61,963 bases of DNA, filler included, from Nitrospirae bacterium CG2_30_53_67 (GCA_001873285.1; 6 parts of 6 records of this genome joined end to end with filler, not necessarily neighbours in it); one strand, 5' to 3'; counted from the whole stretch's first letter, positions 27,324 through 38,769 are shown. Numbers and translations are program-made. Notes: generated by a model from the letters alone, not told the origin.

Positions 27324-27977
27324 CTACATGGGGGTCTCCTTGTCCCATCCCTCCACGCCGATCAGGGGGACGAAGATGCATCCCCCCAGGTTCTCTGTGA
27401 CAAAATCATCTCCATGCCGGGTGATTCTGTGAAGTTCCTGGTAACCTCGTCCTCCTACGGGAATGACCAGCCTCCCGCCGTCCGCCAATTCTTCCTTTAA
27501 CGATGGAGGGATCCCGGGTGAGCCGGCTGTGACGATGATGGCATCGAAAGGGGCATGTTCCGGATCTCCTTTGGTCCCGTCACCGACCATGATCGTCACA
27601 TGGGCGTATCCGAGTCTCTTGAGCGTCTCTCTTGCCTTTATGGCCAGGGTCGGAATACGTTCGATGGAGTAGACATGTTCAGCAAGTTTCGAAAGGATGG
27701 CGGTTTGATATCCGGAACCGGCGCCGATTTCCAGAACCTTCTCACGGCCGCGAAGCCTGAGCGCCTGGGTCATCAGGGCCGCCATATAGGGCTGAGAAAT
27801 GGTCTGGTCTTCTCCGATCGGGATAGGGCGGTCTTCATAGGCCATGGAGCGGGATGTTTCCGGGACGAAGTTCTCTCTGGGGATCTCCTGCATGGCATCC
27901 AATACCCTTGGGTCCTTGATGCCCCTTGGAATAAGCTGGGTCTCGACCATTTTTATCCGCCGAACTTTATCGTTCAT
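27324..27977 (-). CDS. pcm: Protein-L-isoaspartate O-methyltransferase
   Basis: QTISQP, VLEIGAGSGY, APFDAI, FVPL; ATG overlaps the amrS stop. Confidence 0.96.
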   Translation of the reverse strand: MNDKVRRIKMVETQLIPRGIKDPRVLDAMQEIPRENFVPETSRSMAYEDRPIPIGEDQTISQPYMAALMTQALRLRGREKVLEIGAGSGYQTAILSKLAEHVYSIERIPTLAIKARETLKRLGYAHVTIMVGDGTKGDPEHAPFDAIIVTAGSPGIPPSLKEELADGGRLVIPVGGRGYQELHRITRHGDDFVTENLGGCIFVPLIGVEGWDKETPM

Positions 27978-28993
27978 CAGGACCACACGCCGTCCATGAG
28001 GAGACCGCAATCAGGACACTTTCCCCCGGTGATGCGGTTTTGCATGATCGTGTAACCGGCACGCTCGATCAGAAGATGGCCGCACTGCGAACAAAAGGTA
28101 TTCTCTCCTTGTTCCCCGGGGAGGTTCCCGACATAAACATGTTTCAATCCGGCCTGGATGCCGATTTCTCTGGCCTTGCGGATGATCTCCGGGGGTGTCC
28201 TGGGTTTGTCCATGAGCCGGTAGGAAGGGTGGAAGGCGCTGAGGTGCCATGGGATCGAACAATCCATATCGGATAGGATTTCGGCCAGGCGCCGCAGTTC
28301 GTCTTCGCTGTCGTTCAGGCCGGGGATGACCAGCGTCGTCACTTCAACCCAGATCTTGAGTTCACGCATTTTCCGGATCGTCTCCACCACGGGCTTCATG
28401 CGGGCGCTGCAGATCTTTTTATAGAAGGGATCCAGCCCCTTTAAATCAATATTGGCGGCATCGAGATAGGGGGCGATCCGTTCAACCGCCTCCCCGGTCA
28501 TGTATCCATTGCTTACAAAGACATTCCTGATCCCCAACTCGTGGGCTGGTCTCATGATGTCATAGGCATATTCGAAAAAAATCGTAGGCTCGGTGTAGGT
28601 GTAGGAGATGCTCCGGCAATCCTGTGATCGGCATTCCCGGACGATCTCTTCCGGAGGGACCTCTTCCCCGATGATCCGGTTCAAGTCGTGCGGCATGTGG
28701 GCGATATCGGCGTTCTGACAGTGACGGCAGCGGAAATTGCATCCTACGGTCGCGATGGATAATGACCTGGAACCGGGCAGAAAATGGAAAAGGGGTTTCT
28801 TTTCGATCGGATCCACGGCCTTGGCGATGAGTTTTCCGTAGACCAGCGAATAGAGGACCCCCTGCCTGTTCTCCCGGACTCCGCAGATGCCGCGTTTTGA
28901 GTCTTTGATCCGGCAACGATGGCTGCAAAGATTGCAGATCACTTCGTTTCCCTGGGTCTTCCGGTAGAGCATGGCCTCTTTCAACGAAGGCAT
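27977..28993 (-). CDS. amrS: AmmeMemoRadiSam system radical SAM enzyme
   Basis: DPIEKKPLFHF, CNFRCRHCQN, YTYTEP, VYVGN. Confidence 0.93.
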   Translation of the reverse strand: MPSLKEAMLYRKTQGNEVICNLCSHRCRIKDSKRGICGVRENRQGVLYSLVYGKLIAKAVDPIEKKPLFHFLPGSRSLSIATVGCNFRCRHCQNADIAHMPHDLNRIIGEEVPPEEIVRECRSQDCRSISYTYTEPTIFFEYAYDIMRPAHELGIRNVFVSNGYMTGEAVERIAPYLDAANIDLKGLDPFYKKICSARMKPVVETIRKMRELKIWVEVTTLVIPGLNDSEDELRRLAEILSDMDCSIPWHLSAFHPSYRLMDKPRTPPEIIRKAREIGIQAGLKHVYVGNLPGEQGENTFCSQCGHLLIERAGYTIMQNRITGGKCPDCGLLMDGVWS

Positions 28994-29015
28994 CCTTTTT
29001 TGAAAATGAAAGGTT

Positions 29016-29357
29016 TCAGGTTTCTTTGACTGCGCAGGGCTTGCAGGCGGTTGTGTAGGGGAGGGCCAGAAGGCGGTCTTCCGGGATATTCTTTCCGCAA
29101 CGGATGCAGATGCCGTAGGTTTTGGATCGGATTCTCGAAAGGGCCTCTTCGATGAAGGAGAGTTCTTTTTTCTGACGATAGTCCAGCTTGTTCAGGAGAT
29201 GGACCGCGGTTTCCTCCCCGCTCCGCTCATTGAACTCGATCAGTTGTTGACCCATATAAGCATTGATTTCACTTTCGATGCCTTTGACGGACCTGAGGAG
29301 TTTATCCCGGCTTGAAAGGATGATGTCTCTGAAAAATACGAGTCTTTCCGTATCCAT
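29016..29357 (-). CDS. TraR/DksA C4 zinc-finger protein
   Basis: YGICIRCG..RLLALP..CKPC. Confidence 0.9.
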   Translation of the reverse strand: MDTERLVFFRDIILSSRDKLLRSVKGIESEINAYMGQQLIEFNERSGEETAVHLLNKLDYRQKKELSFIEEALSRIRSKTYGICIRCGKNIPEDRLLALPYTTACKPCAVKET

Positions 29358-29527
29358 CCTTCGCGCTCCTTTTTTACGGTCATGCTCGTAGGTCCATACA
29401 GCCGGTCCATCCGTTGATGAAATCCACTATACCATAAGACCGGAGAATATCAAGTCAAGCAGAAAGATGGGATTCCATAGTCTGAAAGGAAAGGACTGCC
29501 GTTATGTGGAAACGCCGGATCTGCGGA

Positions 29528-31495
29528 TCAGGATGTCATGTTTTTGCGGTCCCGGATCAATACGTCAATGACCTCCGGTTCGGCCAGCGTGGTCGTATCC
29601 CCCAGTTGATCGTAGTCCATACCGGCAATCTTACGGAGGATTCTGCGCATGATCTTGCCGCTTCGGGTTTTGGGAAGTCCGGGCGCCCAGTGGATGATGT
29701 CCGGGGCGGCGATAGGCCCGATTTCTTTTCTGACCTGCCGGATCAGCTCTTCTTTGAGTTTTTCAGAAGGTTTCAGGCCGTTTTTAAGGGTGACGTAGGC
29801 GTAGATCCCCTGTCCCTTGATGTCATGAGGGTATCCCACGACTGCGGCCTCGGCGACCTGACTATGAAGCACCAGCGCCGACTCCACTTCAGCCGTACCG
29901 ATCCGATGGCCTGAGACGTTGATCACGTCATCCACGCGTCCTGTGATCCAATAGTCGCCGTCTGCGTCCCTTCTGGCGCCGTCGCCGGTGAGGTAGTACC
30001 CCCTGTAGGTTGAAAAGTAGGTCTTGTAGAATCGTTCAGGATCTCCGAATACGCCCCTCATGATGCCCGGCCAATCATTCTTGATGGCCAGCAGACCGCT
30101 CGCTTCACCGGTCAATTCGTTTCCATCCTGATCCAAAATCGCCGGTTCCACGCCGAAGAACGGTTTGCACGCCGATCCGGGTTTGAGCGGCATAGCGCCT
30201 GGAAGAGGGGTGATCAGGATCCCCCCGGTTTCCGTCTGCCACCAGGTATCCACAATGGGACATTTCCCTTTACCCACCTTATCGTGATACCAAAGCCAGG
30301 CCTCGGGATTGATGGGTTCGCCCACGGTGCCGAGAAGCCTGAGGCTGGTCAGCCGGTTGTTTTTGAGATGTTGCTCCCCTTGACGGATGATGGCCCGGAT
30401 GGCCGTCGGCGCCGTGTAAAAGATGGAAACCTTGTGAAGGTCCACCACGTCCCAGAAACGGCTCCATGCCGGATAGTTCGGGACCCCTTCGAAGATCAGG
30501 CTTGTCGCTCCGTTGCAAAGCGGACCATAGACGATATAGCTGTGCCCCGTGATCCATCCGATGTCGGCGGTGCACCAGAAGACGTCGTCCTCACGAAGGT
30601 CGAAAATCATCTCATGGCTGAAGCTGGTATAAACCAGAAAACCGCCGGTTGTATGCATGACCCCTTTGGGCTTGCCGGTGGAACCGGAGGTGTAGAGAAT
30701 AAAAAGCGGGTCTTCCGCATCCATCTCTTCGGGTTCACAGGTGTCGGCAATATCGGGAGATGACATCTCGTCTTCCCACCAGAGATCTCGTCCGGGCTGC
30801 ATGTCGGCCGAGCGCCTGCCCGATCGGTTCAAGACGATGCAGGTTTTAATCTGCCGGGAGCCATCCAGGGCCTGATCCACATTCTGTTTCAAGGGGATCT
30901 CCTTTATGCCCCGGTAACCCGCGTCGGCGGTGATCATCATGACGGAACCGGAGTCGTTGACACGGTCCCGGATGGAGTCCGGGCTGAAACCGCCGAAAAT
31001 AACGTTGTGGATGGCGCCGACCCGGGAACACGCCAGCATGGCCGCGGCCAGTTCAGGAACCATGGGCAGATAGATGGTCACACGGTCCCCCTTGCGGATT
31101 CCGTTTTTCTTGAGAACGTTCGCGAAACGGCAGACCTCGCGGTGCAGCTCGGCATAGGTGATACGCCTGGAGCGGCCGGGCTCATTCCCTTCCCAGATCA
31201 GGGCGACCTTGTCCCGCCGCGCGCCGCTCAAGTGCCGGTCCAGGCAGTTGTAACTGGCATTCAGTTTCCCGCCGGTGAACCAGGCAATCTTTGCCTCTGC
31301 AAAGTCCGTATCCCTGACCTTGTCCCATGGATGAAACCAATGGATTCGTTTTGCCGCCTCTCCCCAGAAATGCTCCGGGTTATGGATGGATTCATGATAC
31401 ATCCTTTTGTAGTCATCCATCTTGACTCTTGCCCCGGCGGCAAATTCTTTGGGTACGGAGAAGATGGTTTTTGACTGATTTGGAAGATCGCTCAT
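29528..31495 (-). CDS. acs: Acetyl-CoA synthetase
   Basis: [32 protein letters not shown]. Confidence 0.97.
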   Translation of the reverse strand: MSDLPNQSKTIFSVPKEFAAGARVKMDDYKRMYHESIHNPEHFWGEAAKRIHWFHPWDKVRDTDFAEAKIAWFTGGKLNASYNCLDRHLSGARRDKVALIWEGNEPGRSRRITYAELHREVCRFANVLKKNGIRKGDRVTIYLPMVPELAAAMLACSRVGAIHNVIFGGFSPDSIRDRVNDSGSVMMITADAGYRGIKEIPLKQNVDQALDGSRQIKTCIVLNRSGRRSADMQPGRDLWWEDEMSSPDIADTCEPEEMDAEDPLFILYTSGSTGKPKGVMHTTGGFLVYTSFSHEMIFDLREDDVFWCTADIGWITGHSYIVYGPLCNGATSLIFEGVPNYPAWSRFWDVVDLHKVSIFYTAPTAIRAIIRQGEQHLKNNRLTSLRLLGTVGEPINPEAWLWYHDKVGKGKCPIVDTWWQTETGGILITPLPGAMPLKPGSACKPFFGVEPAILDQDGNELTGEASGLLAIKNDWPGIMRGVFGDPERFYKTYFSTYRGYYLTGDGARRDADGDYWITGRVDDVINVSGHRIGTAEVESALVLHSQVAEAAVVGYPHDIKGQGIYAYVTLKNGLKPSEKLKEELIRQVRKEIGPIAAPDIIHWAPGLPKTRSGKIMRRILRKIAGMDYDQLGDTTTLAEPEVIDVLIRDRKNMTS

Positions 31496-31732
31496 TTTTA
31501 CGGCCCCTTCTCGGTTAAGAAAACAGGATGAATCCGACCTTCCTTACATGGAGTATGATCGGTTCGTGACCTGTTCATTTCAGGAGATCGGAAGATTTTC
31601 TTTGCTTATATATGTATTATATGTATTTTTGCCCGCTGAATAAAGAGTTTTTTTCAGCGAAGGGTAGGACTGGTTGAAAAGCTGCGTTTCACTTTACTGA
31701 ATCATCCGCCCATGAACCGGATTGGCGCCGTC

Positions 31733-32146
31733 TTACTGTATTTTGCATTCCAGGGCGTCTACTTGAAGCGCTTTCCTGACAATGAGCCTGAGATCTTTTA
31801 GCTTGATAGGTTTATTGATATACTCGAAAACGCCTGCATCCATGGCATCAATATAGGTCTTTACATGGCCGAAAGCCGTAATCAGAATGAAGGGCGTATC
31901 GGGTGCGACTGCCCTGGCCTTCCGGATCAATTCAAAACCCGACATTCCCGGCATCTTAAGATCGCTGATGACCAGGTCGAAGGCCTTCTGCTGAATCAAA
32001 AGAAGTCCATCCGACCCATTTAAGGCCGTCTCCACACGATAGTCTTCTCGGCTTAGAAACTTCTTGATAAGTCGGCCCATTTCCGGATCATCATCAATGA
32101 CCAATATACGCATGGTAGGCTCGTATCCATTTTCAAAAGGCGGCAT
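31733..32146 (-). CDS. Stand-alone receiver-domain response regulator
   Basis: ILVIDDD, DLKMPG, T, KP. Confidence 0.9.
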   Translation of the reverse strand: MPPFENGYEPTMRILVIDDDPEMGRLIKKFLSREDYRVETALNGSDGLLLIQQKAFDLVISDLKMPGMSGFELIRKARAVAPDTPFILITAFGHVKTYIDAMDAGVFEYINKPIKLKDLRLIVRKALQVDALECKIQ

Positions 32147-32227
32147 GACAGCCCTCTTGGGGTCGGTATGGCAGATGCCTCGATCCCTTCACCCGGAATA
32201 CAAAACCAGGTTTCATGGATGCTATAT

Positions 32228-32243
32228 AGCAAATATAATGCCA
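32228..32243 (-). promoter_or_regulatory. sigma54 (-24/-12) promoter
   Basis: Minus strand TGGCAT-TATAT-TTGCT, about 80 nt upstream of the response regulator ORF. Confidence 0.75.
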
Positions 32244-32462
32244 TATTCCCCCAACCGGCGGTTGGTGTATAACCCATTCATTTTAAAAGGTTATTTTTGA
32301 GGGCAATCCTGATGGGGAAAAAGAGAAAGGCGGCGGAATGGGGCGATTTGACACATCAGTCTGTATGCGGATGTAATCTATTGGAAAATAAAGGATTTTA
32401 CAGAGGGCAAAATCGGCCGGAATGGAGGCGATTTTCTACTTTTTGCAAAAAAAATCTTCCCT

Positions 32463-32738
32463 TTATTTTTCCTGATCTCCTTTGGAAAGGGCCGCCTTCT
32501 CCAGGATATCCCGCGCATTCTTGACGAGGAGAGACGAGTAGGCCGCGTTATGGAAGCCTCGGCTTCGATCCTTCTTCAGTGTCTGCAGGATCTTTTCTCC
32601 CTGGTCGATCACAGGCTGCATCTCCTTCTGGGAGACATCGGGGATATCGTAGACCACTTTCTTTTTGGCTTCCAGAAGTTTCTCCAGCTCTTGAATCGAG
32701 TCGTCCGTCTTCTTCTGGATCTCATCCACTCTCTTTTC
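32463..32738 (-). CDS. C-terminal fragment of a probable multiheme cytochrome c
   Basis: DRSRGFHNAAY resembles the DxSxGxHN motif of NrfA/HAO-like C-termini; no CxxCH visible; cut by the gap. Confidence 0.6.
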   Translation of the reverse strand, partial: EKRVDEIQKKTDDSIQELEKLLEAKKKVVYDIPDVSQKEMQPVIDQGEKILQTLKKDRSRGFHNAAYSSLLVKNARDILEKAALSKGDQEK

Positions 32739-32838
32739 NNNNNNNNNNNNNNNNNNNNNNNNNNNNNNNNNNNNNNNNNNNNTTAATTAATTAANNNNNN
32801 NNNNNNNNNNNNNNNNNNNNNNNNNNNNNNNNNNNNNN
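32739..32838. other. Artificial contig linker
   Basis: N-run, TTAATTAATTAA, N-run. Confidence 0.98.
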
Positions 32839-32976
32839 CGTACCGAGAGTGCCGTAGGGCGGTCTTATCAAGGCGCGCGACTGAGGTGTACCCCCTGTGG
32901 TACGCCGCAAGGAGCGGAACGCTGAGGAGACCGCCCTACGGCACTCGAATGCGACCGTATTTACGAATAGGACCAC
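32839..32976 (+). mobile_element. TTA/TAA-flanked MITE, left end cut by the gap
   Basis: Close match to 49011-49148; ends TATTTACGAATAGGACCAC|TAA. Confidence 0.85.
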
Positions 32977-33020
32977 TAAGTACGGCTCCGGTTGATGCAT
33001 TCAGCCATCTTGCTTCGGGA

Positions 33021-33671
33021 TTATTCGTCTTTATGTCCCTTGTCTTTGCCTTTGTTTTTCCCGTGTTCCTTGCCGTGATCTTCGTGTTTCCCGGCTTTTT
33101 CGTGGCGGCCTGCCTTGAAGTCGTCATTGATGACGACAAAGTCCCGGCCCTGAGATCTCATGCCGATTACGTCTCCAGGAGTGCATCCGTGGTATTCGGA
33201 TATGAAACGGAGGTTGACGAGGTTCACCACGTCATCGTTTTCAAGGCGGATGGTTTTCCATTCCTTTTTAGGCTTATGCTTGTAATAACCGTATGCCTTG
33301 CCATAGGGCGGGCCGTGGATTTCCGCCTGGACCGGCACATAGAAGATCTCCGGACCGAGACCGAAATGCAGGGTGATGTCCATCCAGGACATGCCGCTCA
33401 GTCTGAGATCAATCATGGCCTCCGGCGTCACATGGGCCCGTGATGCAAGGAAAAAGACCACGGGAATTTCTTCATAAGGGATTCCCCTTTGCCGGATGAC
33501 GATGACTTCCGGTTCCGGCACGTGGTAATAATCTCCAACCGAAACATAGAAACGGCGGATCCCCTCTTCTCCGATGGATACCCCGACATCCACCTGGTCT
33601 GCATACACGGGAATGACCGGGATGACGGGCAGAAGCCAAATCAGCATGAAAAAAACAAGTGATCCTTTCAT
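33021..33671 (-). CDS. Exported hypothetical protein with Lys/His/Gly-rich tail
   Basis: AGGAGG RBS, signal peptide MKGSLVFF..VYA, GPPYGKAYGYYK, tail GKHEDHGKEHGKNKGKDKGH. Confidence 0.75.
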   Translation of the reverse strand: MKGSLVFFMLIWLLPVIPVIPVYADQVDVGVSIGEEGIRRFYVSVGDYYHVPEPEVIVIRQRGIPYEEIPVVFFLASRAHVTPEAMIDLRLSGMSWMDITLHFGLGPEIFYVPVQAEIHGPPYGKAYGYYKHKPKKEWKTIRLENDDVVNLVNLRFISEYHGCTPGDVIGMRSQGRDFVVINDDFKAGRHEKAGKHEDHGKEHGKNKGKDKGHKDE

Positions 33672-33926
33672 CGTCTTCCTCCTTATGTAGTGACCGGATG
33701 CAGACATTTTCCGGACATCGTGACGAGTGATGAGATATTAAACCATGTTTTAGAAGATCGTCAACAAGAATTTTGTCTATCCCGAATCACCTTGGAGGAG
33801 GTCTTTTATTAATAGTCTCGAAATAGAGAGGGGAGGGATTTTCGATATGATGTCGTTTATATTATGAGAACCTTAATTAAAGGGCGTCTTTGAAGGATAA
33901 CCCCTTGAGTTCAGAAAGAAATTGCA

Positions 33927-33955
33927 TTGACATAGGCAAACAGGTATTATAAGAT
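33927..33955 (+). promoter_or_regulatory. sigma70 promoter of lipA
   Basis: TTGACA-17-TAAGAT. Confidence 0.55.
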
Positions 33956-33993
33956 TTAAAATCTAATATTTAGCCGAAAAATGCTTTTGGGAA

Positions 33994-34884
33994 GTGTGGA
34001 TGCAACCTGAAAAATATATGGCTATGCCCAGGAAAAGGCTTCCGGAGTGGGTGAGGAAGCGGAGGGGGGATCCGGATTCGATCCGCAGGATCAAGCGGAT
34101 GCTTCGTGGGATGAATCTGCATACGGTTTGTGAATCGGCCCTATGTCCGAATCTGGGGGAGTGTTTCTCCAGGAATACGGCCACCTTTATGATTCTCGGA
34201 AACCGCTGCACGAGGAGATGCGCCTTCTGCGCCGTGGAACATGAACAGCCCTTGCCTTTGGATCACGGGGAGCCGGAGAGGGTTGCGGCGGCGGCAAAGG
34301 AGATGGGACTCAAGCATGTCGTGGTTACCTCGGTGACGCGGGATGATCTTCCCGACGGCGGAAGCGCTCAGTTTGCAGAGACCATCCGTTGTTTGCGTGC
34401 CGGAATCCCTGATGCGACCATTGAAGCGCTGACACCGGATTTTCAGGGGAATCAGGAAGCGATCCGCTGCGCGGCCGAGGCCGGGCCGGACATCTACAAC
34501 CACAACATCGAGACGGCGCCGAGGCTCTATCCTACGGTCAGAAGCTCGGCCGATTACCGGCGCTCCCTGGATCTCATACGCCGGGTCAAGTTGTACAGGC
34601 AGGATCTCTCGACCAAGTCAGGGATCATGGTCGGACTGGGTGAGACCGGAGACGAGGTGGTTGCCGTCATGCGGGATTTAAGGGACATGGAATGTGATCT
34701 GCTGACCGTGGGCCAGTACCTCCAACCCGGGAAGGCAAACCTTCCGGTGGCGGAATATATTCCTGAAGAACGGTTTGCCGAATATGAACGGATCGGTTAT
34801 GAGCTTGGTTTCCGTCAGGTGATGTCCGGCCCGTTGGTTAGAAGTTCCTATCATGCAGATGCTGCAATAGGTTTGATATCATAA
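33994..34884 (+). CDS. lipA: Lipoyl synthase
   Basis: [24 protein letters not shown]. Confidence 0.97.
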   Translation: MWMQPEKYMAMPRKRLPEWVRKRRGDPDSIRRIKRMLRGMNLHTVCESALCPNLGECFSRNTATFMILGNRCTRRCAFCAVEHEQPLPLDHGEPERVAAAAKEMGLKHVVVTSVTRDDLPDGGSAQFAETIRCLRAGIPDATIEALTPDFQGNQEAIRCAAEAGPDIYNHNIETAPRLYPTVRSSADYRRSLDLIRRVKLYRQDLSTKSGIMVGLGETGDEVVAVMRDLRDMECDLLTVGQYLQPGKANLPVAEYIPEERFAEYERIGYELGFRQVMSGPLVRSSYHADAAIGLIS

Positions 34885-34894
34885 AGGACGGATC

Positions 34895-36064
34895 ATGGAT
34901 TTTGTTTTTCGCAGAATTGAACGGATGCCTCCCTATGTCTTCGCCATCGTGAATGATCTGAAGATGAAGGCACGGCGCCGAGGGGAAGACATCATTGATC
35001 TCGGGATGGGGAACCCGGACCAGGGGACGCCGAAACATATCGTGGACAAGCTGATCGAAGCGGCCCGGAACCCCAAGAACCACCGATATTCCGCTTCCAA
35101 AGGGATCCCTAAGCTCCGGTCGGCCATTACCGACTGGTATCAGGAGAAGTATAACGTAGAACCGGATCCGGAAAGCGAGGCCATCGCCACCATCGGCTCC
35201 AAGGAAGGGATGTCGCACCTTGCCCTGGCCCTGTTCGGTCCCGGGGATACGGTCCTGGTCCCCAACCCGACCTATCCGATCCATGCATACAGCGTGATCA
35301 TCGCCAACGGGGATGTGCGCCATGTGCCCCTGATGCCGGATACGGATTTTTTCGAAGAGCTGCGCAAGGCCTACGTGCAGGCCTGGCCGAGGCCCAAGGC
35401 CATGATCATCAGTTTTCCGCACAACCCGACCACGCAGGTGGTGGATCTCGGCTTCTTCGAAAAGATCGTCGCCTTTGCCAAGGAAAACAGCGTGATCGTG
35501 ATTCATGATCTGGCCTATGCCGAGCTCGTCTTCGACGGTTATACCGCGCCGAGCTTTCTGCAGGTCCCCGGGGCCATGGATGTGGGCGTTGAGTTTGTCA
35601 GCCTTTCGAAGAGCTATAATATGCCGGGCTGGCGCGTGGGATTTGCCGTAGGGAACAGCAGGATCATCGGCGCCCTGACCCGGATGAAGAGTTACCTGGA
35701 TTACGGGATGTTCCAGCCGATCCAGATCGCAGCCATCATCGCGCTCAAGGGCCCGCAGGATTGTGTGCAGGAGATCGTGGAGCTCTACCGGTCGAGAAGA
35801 GACACCCTCTGTGACGGTTTGAACCGGATCGGCTGGGAGATGGAAAAACCCAAGGCGACCATGTTTGTCTGGGCCCGCATTCCCGAAAAATACAGGGCCA
35901 TGGGGTCGCTCGAGTTTTCCAAGCTCCTTCTGGAAAAGGCCAAGGTCGCGGTCTCGCCGGGCGTTGGGTTCGGTGAGTATGGAGATGAGTATGTCCGGTT
36001 CGCTCTGGTGGAAAACGAACACCGGACAAGGCAGGCGGTCAAGGGGATACGGACATTGTTTTGA
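34895..36064 (+). CDS. alaC: Class I/II PLP aminotransferase (AlaC-like)
   Basis: [35 protein letters not shown]. Confidence 0.85.
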   Translation: MDFVFRRIERMPPYVFAIVNDLKMKARRRGEDIIDLGMGNPDQGTPKHIVDKLIEAARNPKNHRYSASKGIPKLRSAITDWYQEKYNVEPDPESEAIATIGSKEGMSHLALALFGPGDTVLVPNPTYPIHAYSVIIANGDVRHVPLMPDTDFFEELRKAYVQAWPRPKAMIISFPHNPTTQVVDLGFFEKIVAFAKENSVIVIHDLAYAELVFDGYTAPSFLQVPGAMDVGVEFVSLSKSYNMPGWRVGFAVGNSRIIGALTRMKSYLDYGMFQPIQIAAIIALKGPQDCVQEIVELYRSRRDTLCDGLNRIGWEMEKPKATMFVWARIPEKYRAMGSLEFSKLLLEKAKVAVSPGVGFGEYGDEYVRFALVENEHRTRQAVKGIRTLF

Positions 36065-36074
36065 GAAATTGTTT

Positions 36075-36259
36075 AGGGTCAGGGTCCAAGGGGTCAAGGG
36101 TTCCATGGTTACGCTTCGCGTGCCCCGCTTTTCTCTATCTTTGCCGTCTGCGACGGCTACTACACTGAGGTATCTTGGGGTCAAGTGAAATGCTCAATGA
36201 TCAAGTCGTTAGAACACAGACACTCGGACCCTTGAATCCTGGAACCCTCGAACCCTTTG
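36075..36259. mobile_element. 8-nt tandem-repeat element (copy D) with four-helix-bundle remnant and 68-nt insert
   Basis: G-arm, insert 36109-36176, CAAGTGAA-ATGCTCAA, remnant IKSLEHRHSDP*, C-arm. Confidence 0.8.
36109..36176 (-). mobile_element. Small element inserted into the 8-nt repeat (68-nt form)
   Basis: Homologous to 10831-10945, with the same flanking context. Confidence 0.75.
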
Positions 36260-36320
36260 TGCCGTAGTAAGCGGGAGAGCAGTCTTTTTTGACTGATTTT
36301 TCAATGCCGCAGAGGATGAA

Positions 36321-37655
36321 GTGATGAAAAAGATTTACGTGGGACTTTTCGGTCTCGGAACCATCGGGACCGGCCTGGTCAGGGTGCTTGAACAGAACCG
36401 GGATGTGATCCGCCGGAGACTGGGCGCGAAGATCGAGATCAAGAAGATCGTGGATCTCGACATCACGTCGGACCGAGGCGTCAAGATCGAACCGCATATC
36501 CTTTCCACCAGGGCCGAGGATATCCTGAATGATCCTGAGATCCGGATCGTGGTCGAGTTGATCGGCGGGACCGATGCGGCGCTCAGAATCGTGAGGCAGG
36601 CCCTTTCCGCGGGCAAGCACGTGGTCACGGCCAACAAGGCCCTCCTCGCGGTCCATGGCGAGGAACTTTTTACCCTTGCTTCTGAAAAGGGGGTCAAGAT
36701 CGGTTTTGAGGCCAGCGTGGGGGGCGGGATCCCGATCATCCGAATTCTCAAGGAAGGACTCGCGGCCAACCGGATCGAGTCCATCTACGGCATTGTGAAC
36801 GGCACGGCCAATTACATCCTGACCGAGATGACCGACAAGGGGTCCGAGTTCGGGGCCGTGCTCAAGGAGGCGATGAGCCAGGGATATGCCGAAGCGGATC
36901 CCACCTATGATATTAAAGGAACCGATTCTGCGCATAAACTGGCCATCCTGGCTTCGCTTGCCTTCGGGTCGCCCATCCCCCTCGACCGGGTCTATACCGA
37001 AGGGATATCCAAGATCACGCCTGTGGACATCGAGTATGCCCGAGGGTTCGGGTACAAGATCAAACTCCTCGGGATCACCAAGATCTCCGGCGGGGAGGTG
37101 GAGGCCCGCGTGCACCCGACTATGATTCCTGAGGATACCCTCCTGGCGCAGGTGGACGGCGTGTTGAATGCGATCTATGTGAACGGGGACGCGGTCGGGC
37201 CTACGCTTTATTACGGGAGAGGCGCAGGCTCGCTCCCTACGGCCAGTTCGGTGCTGGGGGACGTGATCGAGATCAGCCGTGATATCATCCACGGAGGGAC
37301 GGCACGCGTCCCTTTATGCGCCTTTCTCAATCAAGAACGCCGTCCCCTCCCGATCCGGAACATGGATGACGTCATGTCCAGATATTTCCTCCGGTTCACC
37401 ACAGCGGACCAGCCAGGGGTATTATCGAAGATTTCAGGCATCCTGGCCTCGCACGGGATCAGCATTGCCTCGGTGATTCAGAAGGGAAGAAAGTCGGACC
37501 GCCCGGTCCCCATCGTCATGGTGACCCACAAAGCCAGGGAGAAAGACGTCTTTGATGCGCTTTCCGAGACCGACGTGCTGAATATTGTTTCGGCGAAGAC
37601 GGTACTGATTCGGATTGAAGACGGGGAAGAGACAGTAGACCCCGTCGGAGGATAA
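36321..37655 (+). CDS. hom: Homoserine dehydrogenase with ACT domain
   Basis: GLGTIG, VTANK, EASVGGGIP, GYAEADP. Confidence 0.97.
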   Translation: MMKKIYVGLFGLGTIGTGLVRVLEQNRDVIRRRLGAKIEIKKIVDLDITSDRGVKIEPHILSTRAEDILNDPEIRIVVELIGGTDAALRIVRQALSAGKHVVTANKALLAVHGEELFTLASEKGVKIGFEASVGGGIPIIRILKEGLAANRIESIYGIVNGTANYILTEMTDKGSEFGAVLKEAMSQGYAEADPTYDIKGTDSAHKLAILASLAFGSPIPLDRVYTEGISKITPVDIEYARGFGYKIKLLGITKISGGEVEARVHPTMIPEDTLLAQVDGVLNAIYVNGDAVGPTLYYGRGAGSLPTASSVLGDVIEISRDIIHGGTARVPLCAFLNQERRPLPIRNMDDVMSRYFLRFTTADQPGVLSKISGILASHGISIASVIQKGRKSDRPVPIVMVTHKAREKDVFDALSETDVLNIVSAKTVLIRIEDGEETVDPVGG

Positions 37656-37707
37656 AAAATTGAGATTTGAGATTTGAAATTTAAAACGAACTGAGGAGCA
37701 AAAAGTT

Positions 37708-38769
37708 GTGACGACGTGGCGAGGAATCATTGAGGAGTATCGAGAGTTTCTTCCAGTAACGGACAAGACGCCGGTCGTGACCCTTCTCGAAGGGAACACC
37801 CCTTTGGTTCGGACGAAACGTCTGGCGGAGGCGATTCATCCGGACCTCGCGATCTATTTGAAGTTTGAGGGGGCCAATCCTACGGGCTCCTTCAAGGACC
37901 GGGGCATGGCCATGGCGATTTCCAAGGCCGTGGAGCAGGGATCCAAAGCCGTGATCTGCGCCTCCACAGGCAACACCTCGGCCTCGGCGGCGGCCTATGC
38001 CGCGCGGGTCGGGATCCGGGCCTTTGTCCTGATCCCGGAGGGGAAGATCGCCTTAGGTAAACTCGCCCAGGCCATGATGCACGGGGCCAGGGTGCTTCAG
38101 GTCAAAGGGAATTTTGATCAGGCCTTGAAGATCGTCCGGGAGGTTTCGGATAGGTATCCGGTCACGCTGGTCAACTCCATCAATCCGTACCGGATCGAGG
38201 GACAGACCACGGCCGCATACGAGGTCTGCGACCGGCTGGAACGCGCGCCGGATTTCCATGCCCTCCCTGTGGGGAACGCGGGAAACATCACGGCCTACTG
38301 GAAAGGATACAGGCGTTACAAGGACGCGGGGAAGATTGACCGCCTGCCGAGGATGATCGGATTCCAGGCCGCAGGGGCCGCGCCCATCGTCCTCGGACAT
38401 CCGGTTGAAAAACCTGAGACCGTGGCCACGGCCATTCGGATCGGGAACCCTGCATCCTGGAAATATGCGGAAGAGGCGGCCAGGGATTCCGGGGGGAAGA
38501 TTGATATGGTGACCGATGAAGAGATCCTGGGGGCGTACCGGATGATCGCCTCGCTTGAGGGGGTCTTCTGTGAGCCGGCCTCAGCCGCCTCGGTGGCCGG
38601 TGTGATCAAGCGGAGCGAAGCCGGCGGATTTCAGGAGGGGGACACCATCGTCTGCACCCTGACCGGGCACGGCCTCAAGGACCCGGATACGGCGATCTCG
38701 GTTTCGGAAAAACCGGTCACGGTCCACGCGGACCTGGATGAGGTGATACGAGCCCTCGGATATAAATAA
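37708..38769 (+). CDS. thrC: Threonine synthase
   Basis: [30 protein letters not shown]. Confidence 0.97.
   Translation: MTTWRGIIEEYREFLPVTDKTPVVTLLEGNTPLVRTKRLAEAIHPDLAIYLKFEGANPTGSFKDRGMAMAISKAVEQGSKAVICASTGNTSASAAAYAARVGIRAFVLIPEGKIALGKLAQAMMHGARVLQVKGNFDQALKIVREVSDRYPVTLVNSINPYRIEGQTTAAYEVCDRLERAPDFHALPVGNAGNITAYWKGYRRYKDAGKIDRLPRMIGFQAAGAAPIVLGHPVEKPETVATAIRIGNPASWKYAEEAARDSGGKIDMVTDEEILGAYRMIASLEGVFCEPASAASVAGVIKRSEAGGFQEGDTIVCTLTGHGLKDPDTAISVSEKPVTVHADLDEVIRALGYK

Noticed and set aside
32886..33443. ORFs beginning in MITE sequence (also 47151, 48828, 48986)
   Set aside because: Translations of the non-coding MITE or antisense to real genes.
33867..33882. AGAACCTTAATTAAAG identical to the right boundary of copy B
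   Set aside because: An isolated AT-rich 16-mer without repeat arms; possibly a scar but not supportable.
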